A DNA stretch of 63,081 nt, filler included, from Nemertoderma westbladi (Eukaryota > Animalia > Xenacoelomorpha): NCBI GenBank assembly GCA_032718475.1. It is 3 parts of 3 records of this genome, joined end to end, with 100 filler letters (N's around TTAATTAATTAA, not from the genome) between each part and the next. Parts side by side here need not be neighbours in the genome. Positions count along the whole stretch, not along the records: positions 1 to 22,578 come from JAUCBJ010005527.1; positions 22,679 to 41,571 come from JAUCBJ010003509.1; 1 more part is not named here. The stretch is one strand, 5' to 3'. A program made the position numbers and the translations under genes. Each line of letters starts with the position of its first letter. The stretch's first letter is position 1. The notes below the pieces were generated by a model that was not told the DNA's origin, searched no databases, and was given only the letters and a program-made list of their open reading frames with translations. This document shows positions 13,201-23,717 of this stretch, one piece after another.

Positions 13201-16200
13201 AACCTGGTTTTAATATACACACAGTACAAAATGTCTACCAAGCTGGTTTTAATATACACACAGTACAAAATGTCTACCAACCTGGTTTTAATATAGAAAT
13301 AGTACAAAATGTCTACCAACCTGGTTTTAATATACACACAGTACAAAATGTCTACCAACCTGGTTTTAATATAGAAATAGTACAAAATGTCTACCAACCT
13401 GATTTTAATATACACAGTACAAAATGTCTACCAACCTGGTTTTAATATACACACAGTACAAAATGTCTACCAACCTGGTTTTAATATACACACAGTACAA
13501 AATGTCTACCAACCTGGTTTTAATATACACACAGTACAAAATGTCTACCAACCTGGTTTTAATATAGAAATAGTACAAAATGTCTACCAACCTGGTTTTA
13601 ATATAGAAACAGTACAAAATGTCTACCATTCTGGTTTTAATATACACAGTACAAAATGTCTACCAACCTGGTTTTAATATACACACAGTACAAAATGTCT
13701 ACCAACCTGGTTTTAATATACACACAGTACAAAATGTCTACCAACCTGGTTTTAATATACACACAGTACAAAATGTCTACCAACCTGGTTTTAATATAGA
13801 AATAGTACAAAATGTCTACCAACCTGGTTTTAATATACACACAGTACAAAATGTCTACCAACCTGGTTTTAATATAGAAATAGTACAAAATGTCTACCAA
13901 CCTGATTTTAATATACACACAGTACAAAATGTCTACCAATCTGGTTTTAATATACACACAGTACAAAATGTCTACCAGTCTGGTTTTAATATAGAAACAG
14001 TACAAAATGTCTACCAATCTGGTTTTAATATACACACAGTACAATATGTCTACCAACCTGGTTTTAATATACACACAGTACAAAATGTCTACCAACCTGG
14101 TTTTAATATACACACAGTACAAAATGTCTACCAACCTGGTTTTAATATAGAAATAGTACAAAATGTCTACCAACCTGGTTTTAATATACACACAGTACAA
14201 AATGTCTACCAACCTGGTTTTAATATACACACAGTACAAAATGTCTACCAACCTGGATTTAATATAGAAACAGTACAAAATGTCTACCAACCTGGTTTTA
14301 ATATACACACAGTACAAAATGTCTTACCAACCTGGTTTTAATATATACACAGTACAAAATGTCTACCAACCTGGTTTTAATATACACACAGTACAAAATG
14401 TCTACCAACCTGGTTTTAATATACACACAGTACAAAATGTCTACCAACCTGGTTTTAATATAGAAACAGTACAAAATGTCTACCAACCTGGTTTTAATAT
14501 AGAAATAGTACAACATGTCTACCAACCTGGTTTTAATATACACACAGTACAAAATGTCTACCAACCTGTTTTTAATATAGAAACAGTACAAAATGTCTAC
14601 CAACCTTGTTTTAATATACACACAGTACAAAATGTCTTACCAACCTGGTTTTAATATACACACAGTACAAAATGTCTACCAACCTGGTTTTAATATACAC
14701 ACAGTACAGAATGTCTACCAACCTGGATTTAATATACACACAGTACAAAATGTCTACCAACCTGGTTTTAATATAGAAACAGTACAAAATGTCTACCAAC
14801 CTGGTTTTAATATACACACAGTACAAAATGTCTTACCAACCTGGTTTTAATATACACACAGTACAAAATGTCTACCAACCTGGTTGTAATATACACACAG
14901 TACAAAATGTCTACCAACCTGGTTTTAATATAGAAACAGTACAAAATGTCTACCAACCTGGTTTTAATATACACACAGTACAAAATGTCTACCAACCTGG
15001 TTTTAATATAGAAACAGTACAAAATGTCTACCAACCTGGTTTTAATATACACACAGTACAAAATGTCTACCAACCAGGTTTTAATATAGAAACAGTACAA
15101 AATGTCTACCAATCTGGTTTTAATATACACACAGTACAAAATGTCTACCAACCTGGTTTTAATATAGAAACAGTACAAAATGTCTACCAACCTGGTTTTA
15201 ATATACACACAGTACAAAATGTCTACCAACCTGGTTTTAATATAGAAACAGTATAAAATGTCTTCCAACCTGGTTTTAATATACACACAGTACAAAATGT
15301 CTACCAACCTGGTTTTAATATACACACAGTACAAAATGTCTACCAACCTGGTTTTAATATACACACAGTACAAAATGTCTACCAATCTGGTTTTAATGTA
15401 GAAACAGCACAAAATGTCTACCAACCTGGTTTTAATATAGAAACAGTACAAAATGTCTACCAACCTGGTTTTAATATAGAAACAGTACAAAATGTCTACC
15501 AACCTGGTTTTACTATACACACAGTACAAAATGTCTACCAACCTGGTTTTAATATACACACAGTACAAAATGTCTACCAACCTGGTTTTAATATAGAAAC
15601 AGTACAAAATGTCTACCAACCTGGTTTTAATATACACACAGTACAAAATGTCTACCAACCTGGTTTTAATATAGAAACAGTACAAAATGTCTACCAACCT
15701 GATTTTAATATAGAAACAGTACAAAATGTCTACCAATCTGGTTTTAATATACACACAGTACAAAATGTCTACCAACCTGGTTTTAATATGCACACAGTAC
15801 AAAATGTCTACCAACCTGGTTTTAATATAGAAACAGTACAAAATGTCTACCAACCTGGTTTTACTATACACACAGTACAAAATGTCTACCAACCTGGTTT
15901 TAATATACACACAGTACAAAATGTCTACCAACCTGGTTTTAGTATAGAAACAGTACAAAATGTCTACCAACCTGGTTTTAATATACACACAGTACAAAAT
16001 GTCTACCAACCTGGTTTTAATATACACACAGTACAAAATGTCTACCAACCTGGTTTTAATATAGAAACAGTACAAAATGTCTACCAATCTGGTTTTAATA
16101 TGCACACAGTGCAAAATGTCTACCAACCTGGTTTTAATATACACACAGTACAAAATGTCTACCAACCTGTTTTTAATATAGAAACAGTACAAAATGTCTA

Positions 16201-19200
16201 CCAACCTTGTTTTAATATACACACAGTACAAAATGTCTTACCAACCTGGTTTTAATATACACACAGTACAAAATGTCTACCAACCTGGTTTTAATATACA
16301 CACAGTACAGAATGTCTACCAACCTGGATTTAATATACACACAGTACAAAATGTCTACCAACCTGGTTTTAATATAGAAACAGTACAAAATGTCTACCAA
16401 CCTGGTTTTAATATACACACAGTACAAAATGTCTTACCAACCTGGTTTTAATATACACACAGTACAAAATGTCTACCAACCTGGTTGTAATATACACACA
16501 GTACAAAATGTCTACCAACCTGGTTTTAATATAGAAACAGTACAAAATGTCTACCAACCTGGTTTTAATATACACACAGTACAAAATGTCTACCAACCTG
16601 GTTTTAATATAGAAACAGTACAAAATGTCTACCAACCTGGTTTTAATATACACACAGTACAAAATGTCTACCAACCAGGTTTTAATATAGAAACAGTACA
16701 AAATGTCTACCAATCTGGTTTTAATATACACACAGTACAAAATGTCTACCAACCTGGTTTTAATATAGAAACAGTACAAAATGTCTACCAACCTGGTTTT
16801 AATATACACACAGTACAAAATGTCTACCAACCTGGTTTTAATATAGAAACAGTATAAAATGTCTTCCAACCTGGTTTTAATATACACACAGTACAAAATG
16901 TCTACCAACCTGGTTTTAATATACACACAGTACAAAATGTCTACCAACCTGGTTTTAATATACACACAGTACAAAATGTCTACCAATCTGGTTTTAATGT
17001 AGAAACAGCACAAAATGTCTACCAACCTGGTTTTAATATAGAAACAGTACAAAATGTCTACCAACCTGGTTTTAATATAGAAACAGTACAAAATGTCTAC
17101 CAACCTGGTTTTACTATACACACAGTACAAAATGTCTACCAACCTGGTTTTAATATACACACAGTACAAAATGTCTACCAACCTGGTTTTAATATAGAAA
17201 CAGTACAAAATGTCTACCAACCTGGTTTTAATATACACACAGTACAAAATGTCTACCAACCTGGTTTTAATATAGAAACAGTACAAAATGTCTACCAACC
17301 TGGTTTTAATATAGAAACAGTACAAAATGTCTACCAACCTGGTTTTAATATAGAAACAGTACAAAATGTCTACCAACCTGGTTTTAATATACACACAGTA
17401 CAAAATGTCTACCAACCTGGTTTTAATATACACACAGTACAAAATGTCTACCAACCTGGTTTTAATATAGAAACAGTACAAAATGTCTACCAACCTGGTT
17501 TTAATATAGAAACAGTACAAAATGTCTACCAATCTGGTTTTAATATACACACAGTACAAAATGTCTACCAACCTGGTTTTAATATACACACAGTACAAAA
17601 TGTCTACCAACCTGGTTTTAATATAGAAACAGTACAAAATGTCTACCAACCTGGTTTTAATATACACACAGTACAAAATGTCTACCAACCTGGTTTTAAT
17701 ATACACACAGTACAAAATGTCTACCAACCTGGTTTTAATATAGAAACAGTACAAAATGTCTACCAATCTGGTTTTAATATGCACACAGTGCAAAATGTCT
17801 ACCAACCTGGTTTTAATATACACACAGTACAAAATGTCTACCAACCTGGTTTTAATATAGAAACAGTACAAAATGTCTACCAACCTGGTTTTAATATAGA
17901 AACAGTACAAAATGTCTACCAACCTGGTTTTAATATACACACAGTACAAAATGTCTACCAACCTGGTTTTAATATACACACAGTACAAAATGTCTACCAA
18001 CCTGGTTTTAATATACACACAGTACAAAATGTCTACCAACCTGGTTTTAATATAGAAACAGTACAAAATGTCTACCAACCTGGTTTTAATATACACACAG
18101 TACAAAATGTCTACCAACCTGGTTTTAATATACACACAGTACAAAATGTCTACCAACCTGGTTTTAATATAGAAACAGTACAAAATGTCTACCAACCTGG
18201 TTTTAATATACACACAGTACAAAATGTCTACCAACCTGGTTTTAATATACACACAGTACAAAATGTCTACCAACCTGGTTTTAATATACACACAGTACAA
18301 AATGTCTACCAACCTGGTTTTAATATACACACAGTACAAAATGTCTACCAACATGGTTTTAATATACACACAGTACAAAATGTCTACCAACCTGGTTTTA
18401 ATATACACACAGTACAAAATGTCTACCAACCTGGTTTTAATATACACACAGTACAAAATGTATACCAACCTGGTTTTAATATACACACAGTACAAAATGT
18501 CTACCAACCTGGTTTTAATATACACACAGTACAAAATGTCTACCAACCTGGTTTTAATATAGAAACAGTACAAAATGTCTACCAACCTGGTTTTAATATA
18601 CACACAGTACAAAATGTCTACCAACCTGGTTTTAATATACACACAGTATATTCTACTTCTTTTGGTTTCGGTTTCGCTCTCTCGATAGCCTCCAATTCTT
18701 CTTGACGTTTCATTTCTTCATAAAGAGGATCGATAATTACAACCCTCTCTCGAATACCTTCTAATACCTATCAGATAATTTAATCATTCAGTATCCAACC
18801 CAGTCAATCTGGCACCGGTATAAAGATATCTTAACAATAATCTTAAATCTTAACCGGTGCTTATTAATTAGACTTATAAGACATAATAGATTGGAAAAAT
18901 AAAAATGTATTAGATTAAAACTCAATATTATATAAAGTGATTGAATACGCTATGCTTTGAAGTAAAGCTCTTGTTTGTTCCCGACGACTATGTTACTGTA
19001 ACTGCGACTCAGATTGTGGCTAAAGGACCACCGCCCTTTTTTTACTTACTGATTTTTCGTTCTCCAATTCTTTTTTTATACCGCGTTCCAAATGGGGTCC
19101 ATGTAATCCCCTAACAACGTGAACTAAATTAGGACCACTCTAGAAGTAAAACATATATATATTGGTAATGCAATGATTTATAGTCCCACCAATTATATAA

Positions 19201-22200
19201 GAAACAGATTTTTAAGATTTTCTCACAGCATATATTAGTTATGCATTGGTTTATAACTCTTCTCAACCTTATTAATCTTTTTAATAATGATGCAGTGGTT
19301 TATAAATATAAATAGAAGGCGAGTAACTCAGTTGGTTCTGCGCTGGGCCTGCAATCTATTGGTTGTAGGTTCGAGCCCAGCCCGGGTCCACACAGCCTTT
19401 CATCCACTGGAGTCGATGAAATGAGGACCAGTTGAATTACTGGGAGCAAATCTTGGGATAGGAGTAGCGTCCACCCCTACCTTCGTGTAGCAGATAGGAG
19501 TAGCGCCAACCCCTACCTTTGGGTTGCAGATAGGAGAAGCGCCCACCCCTACCCTCGGGTAGCAGATAGGAGTAGCTTCCACCCCTACCCTCGGGTAGCA
19601 GATAGGAGTAGCGCCCACCCCTACCCTCGGGTTGCAGATATGAGTAGCGTCCACCCCTACCCTCGGGTAGCAGATAGGAGTAGCGCCTACCCCTACCCTC
19701 GGGTAGCAGATAGGAGTAGCGCCTACCCCTACCCTCGGGTAGCAGATAGGAGTAGCTTCCACCCCTACCCTCGGGTAGCAGATAGGAGTAGCGCCCACCC
19801 CTACCCTCGGGTTGCAGATATGAGTAGCGTCCACCCCTACCCTCGGGTAGCAGATAGGAGTAGCTTCCACCCCTACCTTCGGGTAGCAGATAGGAGTAGC
19901 GCCCACCCCTACCTTCGGGTAGCAGATAGGAGTAGCGCCTACTCCTACCTTCGGGTAGCAGATAGGAGTAGCGCCCACCACTACCTTCGGGTAGCAGATA
20001 GGAGTAGCGCCCCCCTACCTTCGGGTAGCAGATAGGAGTAGCGCATACCCCTACCCTCGGGTAGCATATAGGAGTAGCGCCTACCCCTACCCTCGGGTAG
20101 CAGATAGGAGTTGCGCCTACCCCTACCATCGGGTAGCAGATAGGAGTAGCGCCTACCCCTACCCTCGGGTAGCAGATAGGAGTAGCTTCCACCCCTACCC
20201 TCGGGTAGCAGATAGGAGTAGCGCCCACCCCTTCCTTCGGGTAGCAGATAGGAGTAGCGTCCACCCCTACCTTCGGGTAGCAGATAGGAGTAGCGCACAC
20301 CCCTACCTTCGGGTAGCAGATAGGAGTAGCGCCCACCCCTACCTTCGGGTAGCAGATAGGAGTAGCGCCTACTCCTACCTTCGGGTAGCAGATAGGAGTA
20401 GCGCCCACCACTACCTTCGGGTAGCAGATAGGAGTAGCGCCCCCCTACCTTCGGGTAGCAGATAGGAGTAGCGCATACCCCTACCTTCGGGTAGCAGATA
20501 GGAGTAGCGCCGTACCCCTACCTTCGGGTAGCAGATAGGAGTAGCGTCCAACCCTACCCTCGGGTAGCAGATAGGAGTAGCGTCCACCCCTACCTTCGGG
20601 TAGCAGATAGGAGTAGCGCCCACCCCTACCTTCGGGTAGCAGATAGGAGTAGCGCCTACTCCTACCTTCGGGTAGCAAATAGGAGTAGCGCCCACCCCTA
20701 CCTTCGGGTAGCAGATAGGAGTAGCGCCCACCCCTACACTCGGGTAGCAGATAGGAGCAGCGCCTACCCCTACCTTCGGGTAGCAGATAGGAGTAGCGTC
20801 CACCCCTACACTCGGGTAGAAGATAGGAGTAGCGCCCACCCCTACCTTCGGGTAGCAGATAGGAGTGGCGTCCACCCCTACCTTCGGGTAGCAGATAGGA
20901 GTAGCGTCCACCCCTACACTCGGGTAGCAGATAGGAGTAGCGCCCACCCCTACCTTCGGGTAGCAGATAGGAGTAGCGTCCACCCCTACCTTCGGGTAGC
21001 AGATAGGAGTAGCGCCTACCCCTACCTACACTCGGGTAGCAGATAGAAGCAGCGCCTACCCCTACCTTCGGGTAGCAGATAGGAGCAGCGCCCACCCCAC
21101 CCCTACCTTCGGGTAGCAGATAGGAGTAGTGTCCACCCCTACACTCGGGTAGCAGATAGGAGTAGCGCCTACCCCTACCTTCGGGTAGCAGATAGGAGTA
21201 GCGTCCACCCCTATACTCGGGTAGCAGATAGGAGTAGCGCCTACCCCTACCTACACTCGGGTAGCAGATAGGAGCAGCGCCCACCCCTACCTTCGGGTAG
21301 CAGATAGGAGTAGCGTCCACCCCTACACTCGGGTAGCAGATAGGAGTAGCGCCTACCCCTACCTTCGGGTAGCAGATAGGAGTAGCGTCCACCCCTACAC
21401 TCGGGTAGCAGATAGGAGCAGCGTCCACCCCTACCTTCGGGTAGCAGATAGGAGTAGCGTCCACCCCTACACTCGGGTAGCAGATAGGAGTAGCGCCTAC
21501 CCCTACCTTCGGGTAGCAGATAGGAGTAGCTTCCACCCCTACCTTCGGGTAGCAGATAGGAGTAGCGTCCACCCCTACTTTCGGGTAGCAGATAGAAGTA
21601 GCGTTCACCCCTACACTCGGGTAGCAGATAGGAGTAGCGTCCAACCCTACCTTCGGGTAGCAGATAGGAGTAGCATCCAACCCTACCTTTGGGTAGCAGA
21701 TAGGAGTAGCGCCCACCCCTACCTTCGGGTAGCAGATAGGAGTAGCATCCACCCATACCTTCGGGTAGTAGATAGGAGTAGCGTCCACCCCTACCCTCGG
21801 GTAGCAGATAGGAGTAGCCTCCACCCCTACCTTCGGGTTGCAGATAGGAGTAGCGCCCACCCCTACCTTCGTGTAGCAGATATGAGTAGCGTCCACCCCT
21901 ACCTTCGGGTAGCAGATAGGAGTAGCGCCAACCCCTACCTTCTGGTAGCAGATAGGAGTAGCGTCCACCCCTACCTTCGGGTAGCAGATAGGAGTAGCTC
22001 CAACCCCTACCTTCTGGTAGCAGATAGGAGTAGCGTCCACCCCTACCTTCGGGTAGCAGATAGGAGTAGCGCTAACCCCTACCTTCTGGTAGCAACTATC
22101 GAAAGAGGAGCCTTCGGGGCGCCTCCGGCTTTGGCCGACTGTTTGCTTTTTTGGTTCATAAATATAAAAATATAATACTGTACATAATCTTATGATGATA

Positions 22201-22340
22201 TCGTTATTATCTGTACCGGTACAGTCTTCATGCATAACAACTATAATACAACTGTAATAACAACTCACCCCATAGAAAAGGAAGGTCGGTTCACATTTAC
22301 CTCTGTAAAAAGACAATGCATCGATGTCATCAGAACGAGC
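4288..22340 (-). CDS. NME8: Thioredoxin domain-containing protein 3 / NME8-NME9-like (thioredoxin + three NDK-like domains + acidic tail); 5' end missing
   Basis: Phase-consistent exons 22269-22340, 19050-19139, 18626-18767, 12409-12542, 11836-12065, 11464-11594, 9740-9992, 9249-9397, 7044-7296, 6525-6646, 6283-6413, 5502-5826, 4765-5277 (possibly optional), 4288-4352 (TAA). Motifs YRGKCEPTFLFYG (Trx C-term), TVCILKPD, RTLALIRPD, QTLLALKPD, NAIHGS, NPLHGSDS. NME8 versus NME9 orthology not resolvable by eye. Confidence 0.9.
7527..9291 (-). repeat. 53-bp array, ~33 copies: last 43 nt of NME8 exon 9249-9397 + donor GTGAGTTACA
   Basis: Minus unit CAAACATTGGTAGCCTTGAAACCAGATGGGTTGGCTCATAAGG|GTGAGTTACA; period 7548 to 7601; first unit is the real exon end. 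Confidence 0.95.
10041..10511. mobile_element. Foldback/MITE-like element with long imperfect terminal inverted repeats
   Basis: CAATTTCTGGTCTATTTCGTTACAATAAGCTGTTAAAAA (from 10041) pairs with TTTTTAACAGCTTGTTGTATCGAAATAGCTCAGAAATTG (to 10511); second arm pair ~10123-10163 vs ~10368-10410; no ORF. Confidence 0.75.
10916..11491 (-). repeat. 49/43-bp array, ~12 copies: end of NME8 exon 11464-11594 + donor GTTAGTTTCAGTTTCAG
   Basis: Minus unit GGCGTCCGGTCGGACTGCGGGAACATAAAG|GTTAGTTTCAGTTTCAGTT versus exon end CGTCCGGACGCTCTGCGGGAACATAAAG|GTTAGT. Confidence 0.92.
12663..18648 (-). repeat. 39-bp array, ~150 copies: last 23 nt of NME8 exon 18626-18767 + donor GTTGGTAGACATTTTG
   Basis: Minus unit TACTGTGTGTATATTAAAACCAG|GTTGGTAGACATTTTG; exon reads EYTVCILKP and splices to the D of 12542 to give KPD. 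Confidence 0.95.
19313..22151 (+). mobile_element. tRNA-derived SINE whose internal segment is amplified into a 36-bp array
   Basis: Head with A-box-like TAACTCAGTTGG and B box GGTTCGAGCCC (19325-19380); central CAGCCTTTCATCC..GTCGATGAAATGAG block; T-rich tail at ~22140-22151; flanking direct repeat TGGTT(T/C)ATAAATATAAA at 19296-19312 and 22152-22168. Confidence 0.75.
19457..22095. repeat. 36-bp minisatellite (GATAGGAGTAGCGCCCACCCCTACCTTCGGGTAGCA), ~73 copies
   Basis: Periodicity directly visible; lies in the NME8 intron 19140-22268. Confidence 0.95.
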
Positions 22341-22578
22341 CTGTGATAATAAGATAAAGTGCGACTTTAAGAGATCTGGCGGAAAAGGTATAGCAAAATA
22401 ATATGTGTGAAATAGTAATTAATTAAATTAGCTTCAAATCTTTAAGGTGTGTGTAAACTGGATCTTTTACTAGTGACCGTGTATATAATAAATTTCAGTT
22501 ATATTGCGGCCAACAGGCCTTTAACGAACTGATAGGTACCTACCTACAAACTCACTACTACAGACTGCCAACTGCACA

Positions 22579-22678
22579 NNNNNNNNNNNNNNNNNNNNNN
22601 NNNNNNNNNNNNNNNNNNNNNNTTAATTAATTAANNNNNNNNNNNNNNNNNNNNNNNNNNNNNNNNNNNNNNNNNNNN
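22579..22678. other. Artificial linker/gap: N44-TTAATTAATTAA-N44
   Basis: 100-nt spacer with stops in all six frames; identical to 41572-41671. Confidence 0.97.
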
Positions 22679-22790
22679 CACTGGAAATAAGTCGTCAGAC
22701 TTTGTGCGTAATCCCTGGCCTAGTGGCCGAAGAAAATTTACTTTAATAAAATTTACTACTTAAATTTACTTAAAACTTTTTTACTTCACT
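22679..22790 (+). mobile_element. 3' end of a SINE of the same family as 54030-54307
   Basis: CACTGGAAATAAGTCGTCAGACTTTGTGCGTAATCCCTGGCC...GGCCGAAGAAAATTTACTTT matches 54227-54295. Confidence 0.8.
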
Positions 22791-23458
22791 TTGCTGTTTG
22801 TTACAGGACGAAATAATATCTGAAAGTGTACCTTCTGCCATTTCGTATTACTATTGTTTACAATCCTTTCGGCCTGATACGTGACATATTTATTTTCTAG
22901 GCCCACGCCCACATAGGTTAATATTTACAAAGTAGATAATATTATTCATTGAGTTGAAGCTGTGTGTATAATATAATCATGATATTGATTCTTTGTTTCC
23001 CTCCCAGACCTACTGTACAGTAACGAATGACTGGTACAAACTACAGTGTAACAGAACTTTACTTATTATACTTGCCACATGCTCTCCACCAACTCACACT
23101 CCAACACATTGGGTATTACTACTATACTACTATACTACTGTAACTCTAAATAATATAATAACTCAAGCTTAAATGCTCTAATTACCTCAAACAATAAAAT
23201 ATAATAAGTTGTACAAAGAAATACTCTTATTAGTTACATTTTAAATTATTTATTTACTGAATGTTACTTTAGGCATACTGTACTAATGTAGGACCGACAG
23301 GCACATACCGATTTGCAAATACATAAAACTATTTAATTGAATTTATTATTATAATTATTTCATAATTATTAGAGGTGAGTAGTTTTGCTTCCTTTCTGTT
23401 GTAAGTAGACCTATCAACTTTGAAAGGAATTATCTCGAAATGCCAAATTTCAATGACG

Positions 23459-23566
23459 TTTTCTACTACTCATGCTCCATTTTTTACTACTCATGCTCCA
23501 TTTTTTACTACTCATGCTCCATTTTTTACTACTCATGCTCCATTTTTTACTACTCATGCTCCATTT
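23459..23566. repeat. 21-bp tandem repeat (TTTTACTACTCATGCTCCATT) x5
   Basis: Directly visible. Confidence 0.9.
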
Positions 23567-23717
23567 CTCAACCAATTTTCAAAATGCTTCCTTGTTTGAT
23601 TTGTTTTCGCCTTTTGGTCAAAAGGTTTCAGTTAGAATTTTGAATTATTTCTTAATGATTGTATTGAGTGTATGAGTAGGCTACATTATATCGTTACATT
23701 GTAATTTATATTAACAG

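Noticed and set aside
19318-19392. Functional tRNA genes here and at ~54030-54100
   Set aside because: A/B boxes are present but I could not build a clean cloverleaf, and both continue into SINE body and tail sequence.
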